Positions 9,775-19,266 are shown, counted from the first letter of the stretch. The stretch: DNA of 64,000 nucleotides from an uncultured delta proteobacterium (GCA_963760605.1 CAVXFA010000040.1:16970-80969); one strand, 5' to 3'. The notes: generated by a model not told the origin, from the letters alone. Numbers and translations are program-made.

Positions 9775-11067
9775 ATGAAGAAGGTGCTCAGGCCCCGAAT
9801 CGTCCTCTTGCTGGTTGCGGGGATGCTATCGACTCAGGCCTGTCGGGCGCTGGCCGATACAGGGAGTCGATTGCCCGGCACTGTTGACATACGCTGGAAC
9901 GGCCACTTCGTTGAGGTGATCAAGGAGTTCAACGATTCCACCCATCGGGAGATGGGGTCGCTTTACACCCAAGAGCTGCTCCGGTTGTTCCCCAGCCTGG
10001 AGACTGACTATGATGCATCCATTGCCAGCAGCATGGACAGGCAGACCTACGATGATCGTATGGAGAAGCTTCAATATTTGAAGCCCCAGGTTCCGGAAGA
10101 GTATCGGGAGGAAATCGAGGGTATGGCCTCTTCCTTCTCGGGGGGCACCCAGAATGTCCCAGGCGATGGCAAGCTCTCGATCGATGAGCTCTATTACGTC
10201 AACCTATACATAGACTTGATTATGGCAGGGGCGTGCTCTGCCATCTCGGTGTACGGGCCCCTCTCCTCCAGTGGGAAGAATATCGTCGCCAGGCTGGTGG
10301 ACTGGTATCCCAGAAGGGATAATGCGGTTTTCACCATCAGGAATGGAAAGAGATCCTTCGGGAATATTGGCCGTCTTTTGAGCGTCATGGCGGGAACGGC
10401 ATTCAATGAGGACGGAGTATTCGCAGCTCTTTTGGCGGCCGATCCCACTCGGCCAGTGGATGTTCAATCCGGACCGTACCGGTCCGTCACGATGGATATC
10501 CGATACGCCCTCGAGAATTTCAGCAACCTGGAAGAGGTGGCGGATTTCCTGCGTAGCCAGAAATACATCTTCAGCCACCAGGTCTTCCTCGCTGATGCCG
10601 AGAAAAGTGCAGTCCTGGAAAACAACCTTCTGGAAGGAGGGATGCGTGCCCTCCGACATGCGAATTCCGAGCTCGGCGACGGCGTGGATTGGGGATTCTC
10701 TCACGCCGTTGCCGCAGTGAACACCTTCTTTCTTGAGGGCAATTACCGCGGGGATGGAGTGGATCCGAGATGGATCCACATCAGAAACCAGCTTGCCGGG
10801 AAACTAAGGAATTCTGAGCGTGGGGAAGTGGGGCAGGTCACCTTCAACGAGCTGAAGGAAATCGCGACATACTACCATCGAGGCGACCCCAGGAATTCTC
10901 CCGGCTCATCCACCGGAGACATCTATAACTCGATGACTCAGCATATTGTCCTTTTTGAACCGGATACCCTTCATCTTGAAGTATTCTTTCGTGAGGCCAG
11001 CCCGCTTCCCGTCAGGCATCCTGCATTCACGGCGATCCCCATCTCCTTCTCCCACTCAAGAGATTAA
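9775..11067 (+). CDS. Secreted Ntn-hydrolase-like protein (peptidase C45/acyl-CoA:6-APA acyltransferase-like)
   Basis: Signal-peptide-like start MKKVLRPRIVLLLVAGMLSTQA. Internal Gly/Ala-Cys junction (MAGACSAISVYG) is reminiscent of the autoproteolytic N-terminal-Cys site of C45-family enzymes. Assignment is tentative. Confidence 0.4.
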   Translation: MKKVLRPRIVLLLVAGMLSTQACRALADTGSRLPGTVDIRWNGHFVEVIKEFNDSTHREMGSLYTQELLRLFPSLETDYDASIASSMDRQTYDDRMEKLQYLKPQVPEEYREEIEGMASSFSGGTQNVPGDGKLSIDELYYVNLYIDLIMAGACSAISVYGPLSSSGKNIVARLVDWYPRRDNAVFTIRNGKRSFGNIGRLLSVMAGTAFNEDGVFAALLAADPTRPVDVQSGPYRSVTMDIRYALENFSNLEEVADFLRSQKYIFSHQVFLADAEKSAVLENNLLEGGMRALRHANSELGDGVDWGFSHAVAAVNTFFLEGNYRGDGVDPRWIHIRNQLAGKLRNSERGEVGQVTFNELKEIATYYHRGDPRNSPGSSTGDIYNSMTQHIVLFEPDTLHLEVFFREASPLPVRHPAFTAIPISFSHSRD

Positions 11068-11233
11068 GCACAGGCTCCAGGGACTCCCAGGGGGGCAAAA
11101 GCGGGCTCAGGTTCTCGTTTTCCATTGACTCGCATGTAAGTGCTGATGTAAAAGACTCAAGGCGAAGGATGAGCGGAGCAATGCCCGACTTCCCGGGCTC
11201 GTCCCAAATCAATTCCGCGGAGAGTCATTCCCT

Positions 11234-12022
11234 TTGAAGGAGATGGCCATGGAGATCAGACCCAACCTATTCGACCTGAGCGGGCGCGTTGCGATCGTAA
11301 CGGGTGCCGCCTCTGGCCTCGGAGAGGCCATAGCGTATGGCCTGGCTGTATTTGGAGCGGACATCCTGGCAGTGGATATCGAAGCTGATGGACTCAAGCA
11401 GGTGAGCCAGAAGGTAAAGGGGGTGGGTCGAAGGGCGTTACCCGTCACCTGTGATGTGCGGTCCGCCGAAGAGATACGATCGATGGTGACGAAATGCCTG
11501 GATTCCTTCGGCAGGATCGATATCCTGGTGAACAATGCCGGTATTTCGCGAAGGGCCCCGGCAGAAGAGATGACCCGCGACATGTGGGACGACGTCCTTG
11601 CGGTGGACCTGACAGGCCCATTTCTCTGCTCCCAGGAAGTCGGGCGAGTGATGATCCGACAGGGTGGCGGGAGGATCATCAATATGGCCTCTGTGGCGGG
11701 GATCGTCGGCCTCAAGACGGGAAACGCAAACTACTGTGCCGCAAAAGGCGGACTCGTCTCAATGACCCGGGCCCTGGCGCTCGAGTGGGCCAAGCACAAT
11801 GTCCTCGTCAATGCCATCGCACCCACCCATATCCGCACCCCCCTCATCGAAGCACTTCTCAGCGACCCTGCCAAGAAGGCTTATTTCCTCGGCAACGTCC
11901 CGCTGGGCCGGCTGGGTGAGGTCAGCGAGATCGTCGGGCCGGTGGTATTCCTGGCCTCTGATGCTGCCACCCTGGTCACGGGAACAGTGTTGTGCGTGGA
12001 CGGCGGGCACACGGCCCAATAA
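11234..12022 (+). CDS. Short-chain dehydrogenase/reductase (SDR) family oxidoreductase
   Basis: 262 aa; TGAASGLG Rossmann motif, NNAG, catalytic YxxxK (YCAAKGG). Confidence 0.9.
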   Translation: MKEMAMEIRPNLFDLSGRVAIVTGAASGLGEAIAYGLAVFGADILAVDIEADGLKQVSQKVKGVGRRALPVTCDVRSAEEIRSMVTKCLDSFGRIDILVNNAGISRRAPAEEMTRDMWDDVLAVDLTGPFLCSQEVGRVMIRQGGGRIINMASVAGIVGLKTGNANYCAAKGGLVSMTRALALEWAKHNVLVNAIAPTHIRTPLIEALLSDPAKKAYFLGNVPLGRLGEVSEIVGPVVFLASDAATLVTGTVLCVDGGHTAQ

Positions 12023-12232
12023 GCATGGGTTGATCTGGCCTCCGCTTGATCTCGATGGGTCGGCGAATCGAACTGGAATCCCTTCCCATGATCTATCTCG
12101 AAAACAAGAAAGGAGGACATTTTGCCAAAACACCCTGGGGTCTATAGGGCCGAAAAGCGGCGGAAAGAGCTATCCCGCCAGAAGAAGCAGGAAGAGAGGA
12201 GACAGCGGCGGTTAAAGATCTTGTGCCAACAT

Positions 12233-12340
12233 TTCCTTGACACACAATTGCCTTTTTTGCATATTTAACCCACCCAAAAGCGAATTCTTATCAATAATTC
12301 AATTCAATTAACCCACCTAAAAGCGAATTCTTATCAATCA
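12233..12340 (+). promoter_or_regulatory. Promoter-operator module, copy 2 (TTGACA-N17-CATATT) with two tandem copies of the 31-bp TTAACCCACCYAAAAGCGARTTCTTATCAAT box
   Basis: Direct comparison with 9617-9686. A second TTGACA-N17-TATTTT and a GGGAGG RBS follow before the ferredoxin start at 12424. Confidence 0.5.
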
Positions 12341-12423
12341 ATGGTCTGTGAATCCTTGACATGGACTGAATAAAATTGTATTTTTTCTGATGTTCACGGA
12401 TTTTTAAGGGTAGGGAGGAAAAT

Positions 12424-12963
12424 ATGTCTTGGAAACTGGCCGTTGTGCCTGAACGCTGTTCTGGATGCAAGATTTGTGAACTGGTCTGCTCCATCGAACG
12501 TTTTGGAGTGAACAACCCAAAGAAGAGCGCGATTCAAGTGATGGTGGTCTATCCCCACCCGATCATAAGAATGCCGATCGTCTGCCGACAATGCAAGGTG
12601 GCCAAATGCATGGAGAACTGCCCGACGGGCGCCATTGCGACGAAAGACGGGATCTATGACATCGACGGGGAGAAATGTATCTCCTGCCAGCAGTGTGTCA
12701 TCTCCTGTCCCTTTGGGGCCATCTACCTCCACGACGAGATTGAGACACCCTTCAAATGCAATCTCTGTAACGGGTCACCCCGCTGTGTGGAGGCCTGCCC
12801 CAAAAATGCCCTTCTGTTTCTTCCGGATCACGTTCTCGGTCAGACCCAGAGGATGGCAAGTGTGTTGAAATACGGGCACATGAAAGAAGTGGAATACGTT
12901 GAAAAAGGAGAAAGGAAGGTTCTGAGATATGCCGACATCGAAAAGGGAAAAGCGGAAGATTAA
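12424..12963 (+). CDS. 4Fe-4S dicluster ferredoxin-domain protein (electron-transfer partner of AOR)
   Basis: 179 aa with four CxxCxxCxxxCP-type cluster motifs; overlaps and precedes the AOR gene. Confidence 0.85.
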   Translation: MSWKLAVVPERCSGCKICELVCSIERFGVNNPKKSAIQVMVVYPHPIIRMPIVCRQCKVAKCMENCPTGAIATKDGIYDIDGEKCISCQQCVISCPFGAIYLHDEIETPFKCNLCNGSPRCVEACPKNALLFLPDHVLGQTQRMASVLKYGHMKEVEYVEKGERKVLRYADIEKGKAED

Positions 12964-14794
12964 GGGTGGATATTTCTGGAAGATCCTCTGGGTTGACCTC
13001 GATCGGGAAGAGGCAAAACCACTCGAATTTGATGAATCCTTTGCTGCCAAGTATATCGGCGGAAGGGGATTTGGGGCCAAACTGGTCTGGGATAACCTTC
13101 GGCAAAAAGGAAGCGTTGATCCTCTCGGTCCTGAAAACCTTCTAGCCATCTCCCCGGGACCCCTGGCCGGTCTTTATCTTCCCGCCTCCGGAAAGACCTC
13201 CTTTATTTCGATCTCTCCGGAGACCAGGATTTACGGGGATTCAAGCATGGGCGGCTCCTTTGGTACCGAGCTCCGCCAGGCCGGTATCGATGCCCTGGCC
13301 ATTACGGGGAAGGCGAAGACCCTCTCCTATCTCTGGATCGACAACGAATCGGCGAGAATCATGCCCAACGAGAAATTGAAAGGAAAGGGGAGCTTAGAAG
13401 CCGAGGGATTGATTAAGGAAGAACTGAAGGACCAACATATTAAAGTGGCGACCATCGGCGTCGCCGGGGAGAATCGAGTCAAATTTGCCTGCGTCAGCTC
13501 AGATTGGGGGAGAAATTCCGGAAGGACGGGCATTGGCGCAGTCCTGGGATCGAAAAATCTTAAGGCCATTGCCGTCCGGGGTTCTCATGATCTCCCGGTC
13601 TTCGATCTCCCCAGGTTGCGGAAGGTATCCGATGCTTCCTTCCGCAGTCTGAGAGAGAACAAGAATCTGCCTTTCTGGCAGGAGCAGGGTCTGATGTCGG
13701 TTATCGACTATGTCAATGAGGCTGGAGTGATGCCGACCTATAACTTCAAGGAAGGCGTCTTCGAAGACGCGAAGAAGATCAATGGATACGAGATGCTCTC
13801 CAGATACAAGATTGGCGATACGGCCTGCTTTGCCTGCCCCATGGCCTGTGGAAACGTCTGTTTGGTGAAGGAAGGCAAATACCGCGGCACGGTCGTCGAA
13901 GGACCGGAATATGAGACGGCCTGTATGTTTGGCTCGAATATCGGAGTCAGCAACTTTGCGGCCATTGTCAAGGCCAACCAGCTCTGCGACGAACTTGGAT
14001 TGGACACGATCTCTGCGGGAAACCTGATCGGGGTCATGATGGAAGCGATCGAAACCGGCCTCCTCTCGGAAAAGGACCTCGATGGTCTCCCGCTCAAATG
14101 GGGAAATGAAGAAGCGATCATCGAAACCCTTCATCGGATCGCCCATCGCAAGGGCATCGGGAACATCCTCGCCGAGGGCACTCCGGGAGTGACCAAACAG
14201 TGGCCTCAGCTTCGACCGATCATTTCCCAGGTAAAAGGATTGGAGCAATCTGCTTATGATGCGAGAATTGCCATTTCCATGGCGCTGGGATACGCCACCT
14301 CCGATATCGGAGCCCACCATGCCCGAGCCTGGACCATTGCGAAGGAACTGGAGATGGGGATGGATTGGCCTCTCGAAAAGAAGGCCGACCTGGTGATCTA
14401 TCATCAAACGCTGCGGCCTCTCTTCGATATGCTCGGGGTCTGCCGGCTGCCCTGGATCGAACTCGGTTTTGATCAGAACAATTATGCGGAATATTATTCG
14501 GCGGTCACCGGCATAGAAACGACATTGGACCAACTCCTCCAGCGCTCTGCGGATCTCTACGACCTTACCCGGGCAATTAATATGAGATTAGGCATCTCCC
14601 GAAAAGATGACTATCCACCCGTGAGGGTCTTCGATTTACCGATGACGGAAGGACCTCATGCCGGAAAGATATTGAAGCGCGAGGATTACGAAATGATTCT
14701 CGACATCTACTATCAGAAGCGAGGCTGGACGAAGGACGGGCAGGTCCCGGATGAAAAGATCACCAAGTTCAATGATGCGCTGGTTACAGGATAG
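12929..14794 (+). CDS. Tungsten-containing aldehyde:ferredoxin oxidoreductase (AOR family)
   Basis: 621 aa; AOR N-terminal pattern GYFWKILWVDL; exact start codon uncertain (overlaps the ferredoxin gene). Confidence 0.85.
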   Translation: MPTSKREKRKIKGGYFWKILWVDLDREEAKPLEFDESFAAKYIGGRGFGAKLVWDNLRQKGSVDPLGPENLLAISPGPLAGLYLPASGKTSFISISPETRIYGDSSMGGSFGTELRQAGIDALAITGKAKTLSYLWIDNESARIMPNEKLKGKGSLEAEGLIKEELKDQHIKVATIGVAGENRVKFACVSSDWGRNSGRTGIGAVLGSKNLKAIAVRGSHDLPVFDLPRLRKVSDASFRSLRENKNLPFWQEQGLMSVIDYVNEAGVMPTYNFKEGVFEDAKKINGYEMLSRYKIGDTACFACPMACGNVCLVKEGKYRGTVVEGPEYETACMFGSNIGVSNFAAIVKANQLCDELGLDTISAGNLIGVMMEAIETGLLSEKDLDGLPLKWGNEEAIIETLHRIAHRKGIGNILAEGTPGVTKQWPQLRPIISQVKGLEQSAYDARIAISMALGYATSDIGAHHARAWTIAKELEMGMDWPLEKKADLVIYHQTLRPLFDMLGVCRLPWIELGFDQNNYAEYYSAVTGIETTLDQLLQRSADLYDLTRAINMRLGISRKDDYPPVRVFDLPMTEGPHAGKILKREDYEMILDIYYQKRGWTKDGQVPDEKITKFNDALVTG

Positions 14795-15017
14795 TCAGGT
14801 TTTTATCCCTATCTTTCCCAGTTCGATTCAGGATAGAACGTTGGGCCCGGGCGGGAGGATCACGCCTGAGGTGGGACTGGGCCCAGGGAATGATTGAGAA
14901 CCTGTTAAGAAACCGGCGGGTGGCACCCCTTAGAGGAAAGAAGAGAGGGCGGGATCGCCAAGGGGGTCGTGCTTGGCGTAGGGAGGCTAAACCCACGAGA
15001 TTGGCAGCTTCTACTCC

Positions 15018-15944
15018 ATGAGACCAGCAGCAAAATTCTCAGGTATTTTATACATTGTCTCCACCCCCATCGGGAATCTGGAGGACATCACGCTGCGGGC
15101 TCTTCGCGTGCTCAAAGAAGTAGACCTGATCGCGGCTGAGGACACCCGTCGGACCCGGCAACTCCTCAGCCACTATGGAATTCACAAACCATTGCTTAGC
15201 TACCATGAGCACAACCGGAGGATGCGGGAAGAGTCTCTGCTGGAAGAACTTCGAGGAGGGAAGAGCATTGCCTTGGTCACGGATGCTGGCACACCGGGGA
15301 TCTCTGACCCAGGTGAGCCGTTGGTGAGGAGGGCGGTACAGGAATCTATCCCCCTTGTTCCGATCCCCGGTCCTTCCGCTTTGGTGGCTGCCTTGAGTGT
15401 TTCGGGTCTGCCCACGGAAAGTTTTCTGTTCTATGGTTTCTTGCCTTCGAAGGCTGCTGGCAGACAGAAACTATTGCTTTCCCTGAAGGACCGCCCGGAG
15501 ACGCTCATCTTCTACGAATCTCCCAGACGCCTGCGTTCCTTTCTGGAAGATGCCTCGCGGATTCTGGGAGAACGCCAGGTCATGGTGGCCCGGGAGATGA
15601 CCAAGGTTTACGAGGAGGTCTACCGGGGGACCCTCTCCGAAGTGTTAAAGGAATTCGCCGAAGAAGAAATCAAGGGAGAAGTAACGATCGTCCTGGAGGG
15701 TAGCACCCTTCCGGCCAGGGTTGCCAGGCCGGCGATTGAAGAAGCGCTCGAGCTCTACTACCGCGAAATGGGCCTATCCATGAAAAAAGCCATCGCTCGG
15801 GTGGCGGAGGAGCTGGAGGTTTCCAAAAAGGATGTCTACAGAGAGAGTTTACAGGTGAAGAGGAAAATCAGAGATCAGGCCCGGGAAGAGAACCTGCTCC
15901 CCGGGAAGAACTCCGCAAAAGCCTCCGGGGAGCAGGAAACCTGA
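15018..15944 (+). CDS. rsmI: 16S rRNA (cytidine1402-2'-O)-methyltransferase RsmI
   Basis: 308 aa; tetrapyrrole-methylase fold motifs (LYIVSTPIGNLEDITLRA, AAEDTR). Confidence 0.9.
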   Translation: MRPAAKFSGILYIVSTPIGNLEDITLRALRVLKEVDLIAAEDTRRTRQLLSHYGIHKPLLSYHEHNRRMREESLLEELRGGKSIALVTDAGTPGISDPGEPLVRRAVQESIPLVPIPGPSALVAALSVSGLPTESFLFYGFLPSKAAGRQKLLLSLKDRPETLIFYESPRRLRSFLEDASRILGERQVMVAREMTKVYEEVYRGTLSEVLKEFAEEEIKGEVTIVLEGSTLPARVARPAIEEALELYYREMGLSMKKAIARVAEELEVSKKDVYRESLQVKRKIRDQAREENLLPGKNSAKASGEQET

Positions 15945-15945
15945 G

Positions 15946-16137
15946 TTACTTCTTGCCGCGTTTCTTTTTCATGGGCGTTTCGCAGCAGATGATGTCGCAG
16001 GCATCCACGCAGCCACAGACATCGTCCACGATGACGGACAAGCCGCAAACCTCGCAGGCATAAGCATCGCCGGCTTTGGTCTTCGTCTTGGCCACGCCCT
16101 TCTTGGCCGTTTTCGCCACTCTCTTTTTAACTGCCAT
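15946..16137 (-). CDS. Small Lys-rich, Cys-rich protein of unknown function (7 Cys in a 24-residue core: C-x2-C-x10-C-x-C-x3-C-x3-CC)
   Basis: 63-aa ORF convergent with rsmI; basic tails on both ends (MAVKKRVAKTAKKGVAKTKTKAG ... MKKKRGKK) flank an acidic Cys-rich core. Confidence 0.45.
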   Translation of the reverse strand: MAVKKRVAKTAKKGVAKTKTKAGDAYACEVCGLSVIVDDVCGCVDACDIICCETPMKKKRGKK

Positions 16138-16185
16138 CTTCCTGACCTCCTTTTTTTTATTTTTCGCCTGGGTGAACTTCGGGGT

Positions 16186-17511
16186 TCACCCCGTCATTTC
16201 CACCGGACCCAATGGCTCGAACTCCCGGCGGAACTTTTCTGCTCGGCCAACAACAACGATAAGCATCTTTTCCGGATGAATGTGCCCGCGGGCTGTTCGG
16301 GCGACCTCTTCGAGGGAAATTTCCGAAACCCGATCTGGGTAGGCCGCAAGGTATTCCAACCCCAAGCCATGAATCTCCGCTTGAATGATCCTTTGGGCAA
16401 CCTGAGAGAGGGTCTCAAACTTCATGGGGTAGCTTCCGGCGAGGAAGTGGATGGCTTCTTCCCGTTCCTGATCCGTGGCGCCCTGCGCGATAAAGGATTG
16501 GATGACGGCCAAGATCTCCTGCACGCAAGGGAAAGTAGTCCCGGTGGGAGTGAACGTGGAGATGGTGAATGGCCCGGGATTTTTCCGGGGCTCCAGCGCC
16601 GCGCGAATGCCATAGGTATAGCCCAGTTCCGAGCGGATCTTCTGCATCAGCCGGGAGGAGAAGCCACCCGCCCCCAGGATATAGTTCATGACCTCGAAGG
16701 CGAGATAATCCGGATGAGCATGAGGAATCCCGATATGCCCCAGACGAATCTGGCTCTGGGTCAAATCTGGGCGGTTGATTAAAAAGCTCCGGACCCCGGA
16801 AAGAGCCGGGGCGGAGAATTCACCCTCCCCGAAGCTTCGGCCTTGATTCCCCGCGGGGAAATTTTCCTCAACCCACCGGAAGCAGGCTTCAGCCTGTAAA
16901 TCCCCCACGAAGACCAACAGGCTTCCTGCCGGCAAAAGGCGCCGCTGGTAGAACTCTTGCGATTCCTCCCCGAGGAGGTGGGGAAGAGACTGCAGGGTCC
17001 CGTAAACGGGATGATCAAAGGGGGTGCCCTGGAAAAGGACTTCCTGGAACCTTTCATCCGCGATGATTTCAGATTCATCCTTTTGTTGCACCAGGGCGGC
17101 GATGCGACGTTGTTTTAACTGTTTGAACTCTTCGGGAGAAAAAGCAGGTTGAGTGTAGAGTTCCAGGAGCAGGTTCATCAGCTGCCCAAAGTCTTCATTC
17201 AGCCCGAAGATATGCAAGGAAGTAGAGTTCCATCCGGAGTGAGCGGATAGGGTGGCGCCCCATCCATCCACTTCCGCAGCCAATTGGCTGGCGGATCTTT
17301 TTTTCGTGCCCAGGATCAGCATTTCCGCCGAAAGGTTGGATAGGCCTGCTTTCCCGGGAGGGTCGGCCTCAGCTCCGCAGGGAATGACGAGGTGGATGCT
17401 GATTAAGGGAAGCTCCGGGCGCTGGATCGCATAAACCTTCAATCCATTCCGCAAAACCGCGGAAGAGACCGGTGGAAGGTAGAAAACCCTGGATTGAGCC
17501 CCCCCGCTCAT
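16186..17511 (-). CDS. M16-family peptidase, non-catalytic partner subunit
   Basis: 441 aa; M16 fold signature without an HxxEH motif; paired with the upstream active M16 gene. Confidence 0.75.
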   Translation of the reverse strand: MSGGAQSRVFYLPPVSSAVLRNGLKVYAIQRPELPLISIHLVIPCGAEADPPGKAGLSNLSAEMLILGTKKRSASQLAAEVDGWGATLSAHSGWNSTSLHIFGLNEDFGQLMNLLLELYTQPAFSPEEFKQLKQRRIAALVQQKDESEIIADERFQEVLFQGTPFDHPVYGTLQSLPHLLGEESQEFYQRRLLPAGSLLVFVGDLQAEACFRWVEENFPAGNQGRSFGEGEFSAPALSGVRSFLINRPDLTQSQIRLGHIGIPHAHPDYLAFEVMNYILGAGGFSSRLMQKIRSELGYTYGIRAALEPRKNPGPFTISTFTPTGTTFPCVQEILAVIQSFIAQGATDQEREEAIHFLAGSYPMKFETLSQVAQRIIQAEIHGLGLEYLAAYPDRVSEISLEEVARTARGHIHPEKMLIVVVGRAEKFRREFEPLGPVEMTG

Positions 17512-18845
17512 TCTACCTCCCCCAGCCCCTCGTGTTCGCTTTGGTTTACCGGCTGGAGAGTAATCACGGTTCGGTTTTCAGGCGGGAGATATTTCCGGGC
17601 TACCCGCAGGAGGTCATCCGCCTTCACGGCTTCGTAATTGGGCAGGAGGGTATAGAGAAGGCGAAAATCTCCGGCTCGCACCTGGTAGAGTCCGGCCAAC
17701 AGTCCTTTGAAAAAAAGCGTTTCCAAGGCTTGGAGAAAATAGGAGCGCACCTGTTTTTTTACTTTGAGAAGTTCTTCCCCGGAAAGGGGTTCCTGGCGAA
17801 GGTTTTCCACTTCCTCCCAGATCTCCCTTTCCAGGGTACCTAAGGAAGTGGCCGGGGAGGCAATGGCATAAATTTGCAAGAGACCCGGGTCCGCAGTGAA
17901 GAAGGGAGGATACCCCATCTCCGCTCGTACTTCCACGGCTTTTCCCGGTTTTTCAAATTTCTCAAAAAAACGGGAGGAGCGACCTGCGGATAGGGTTGCG
18001 CAGAGGATTTGCAAAGGAAAGAGGTCCGGATGAGTGATCCCCGGAATGTGAAAGCCCGCGAAAAAGGCGGCGACCTGAGAAACTTTTTTGAAGATGGCCC
18101 GCTTTTCTCCTCGTTGGGGTTTCTCCAGGGGAAGGATGAGGCGCGGGGGAATGGGAGACGCCAGGTGCCCGTAGTATCTCTCCACGGTTTCAAAAACCTC
18201 ATCGGCAGCAACATCTCCAACGACAACAACCACAGCATTGCGGGGAGAATAATGGACCCGGTAATACTCCCGGCAGTCATCCAGGGTCAGGTTTTTCAGG
18301 TCGTGGTCCCAGCCGATGACCGGCCAGCGGTAAGGATGCTGCTCGTAGGCCAAGGAGAAGAGCTGCTCGATGAGGAGTCCGAAGGGGCTGTTCACGGAGC
18401 GCAGCTTGCGCTCGCTGCGAACCACTTCTCGTTCCGGCTCCAAACTCTCTTGGGTTAGACGGAGGTTTTCCAGGCGATCCGCCTCCAGGCGTATGGCCAG
18501 CTCAAGCTTGTCGGTCGGCAGGTTTTCAAAGTACGAGGTGTTGTCCGTGGTCGTAAAAGCGTTCAGGGTTCCCCCGTTGGCCTGGATAATCCGGGAAAAC
18601 TCTTCGGGGCCCAGATCTTTCGTTCCCTTGAACATCATGTGTTCGAAGAGATGGGTAATGCCTGTGATGCCCGGCCTTTCATACCGGGAGCCCGCGGCAA
18701 AATGCATCTGATAAGTGATGAGGGGGAGGGAGTGGACCTCGCCCACGAGAATGCGGAGGCCGTTTGCCAGACGATGCTCCAGAAATTCGGGAAGCCCTCT
18801 CACTTCACTCTTTCCAATGGATGCACTGGACCGGACAACTGTCAA
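17508..18845 (-). CDS. M16-family (pitrilysin-like) zinc peptidase, catalytic subunit
   Basis: 445 aa; inverted zinc-binding HxxEH motif (HLFEHMMFKGT). Confidence 0.85.
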   Translation of the reverse strand: MTVVRSSASIGKSEVRGLPEFLEHRLANGLRILVGEVHSLPLITYQMHFAAGSRYERPGITGITHLFEHMMFKGTKDLGPEEFSRIIQANGGTLNAFTTTDNTSYFENLPTDKLELAIRLEADRLENLRLTQESLEPEREVVRSERKLRSVNSPFGLLIEQLFSLAYEQHPYRWPVIGWDHDLKNLTLDDCREYYRVHYSPRNAVVVVVGDVAADEVFETVERYYGHLASPIPPRLILPLEKPQRGEKRAIFKKVSQVAAFFAGFHIPGITHPDLFPLQILCATLSAGRSSRFFEKFEKPGKAVEVRAEMGYPPFFTADPGLLQIYAIASPATSLGTLEREIWEEVENLRQEPLSGEELLKVKKQVRSYFLQALETLFFKGLLAGLYQVRAGDFRLLYTLLPNYEAVKADDLLRVARKYLPPENRTVITLQPVNQSEHEGLGEVE

Positions 18846-18996
18846 TGGCTTCCTGGATCTTCTCTCCGGAAGCGCCGGTGGGATTGTAGACTTCCGAGAG
18901 GTCGTTATCGTTCAGACGGAAGACCTCCGGGCAGATTTCCACACAAAGTCCGCAGGAGATACACTCATCCTGATTGACCGCGGGGATCTGATTCAT
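18805..18996 (-). CDS. Small [4Fe-4S]/[3Fe-4S] ferredoxin
   Basis: 63 aa; CISCGLCVEICP ... CPVQCI arrangement of single-cluster ferredoxins. Confidence 0.8.
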   Translation of the reverse strand: MNQIPAVNQDECISCGLCVEICPEVFRLNDNDLSEVYNPTGASGEKIQEAIDSCPVQCIHWKE

Positions 18997-19266
18997 GAAA
19001 ATCCTCCATTTTTAGGCTTGCGCGACCCGAAATTTTCCATTCGAATAGAAAGCAGATAAAAAAATTATAGCATTGGGATGGAGGAATGTCATCCGATTAA
19101 AACAGTGACCCTCACCCTTTCACTGACCCTACTTTATCCTCAGGGTTGACTTGCCCTATCGCTTACGCAATAATGCCTTCTTGAAAGGGGGGAAAATGAA
19201 GCGCATCGAGATCCGGACGCCCCCGAAAGGATGGATGGAGAAGGTAAACAAAGAGGATGGCTTAGA

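Noticed and set aside
12121-12270. Possible 48-aa Lys/Arg-rich ORF (TTG start after AAGGAGGA) reading MPKHPGVYRAEKRRKELSRQKKQEERRQRRLK... into promoter-box copy 2
   Set aside because: Too short, non-ATG start, and it runs through the -35/-10 hexamers of the repeated module. It is more likely untranslated leader or trailer. Kept only as a remote possibility.
14795-15017. GC-rich 220-nt spacer between the AOR gene and rsmI as a structured ncRNA (SRP RNA, 6S, RNase P)
   Set aside because: None of the signature motifs I know for those RNAs is present. It most likely contains only the rsmI promoter.
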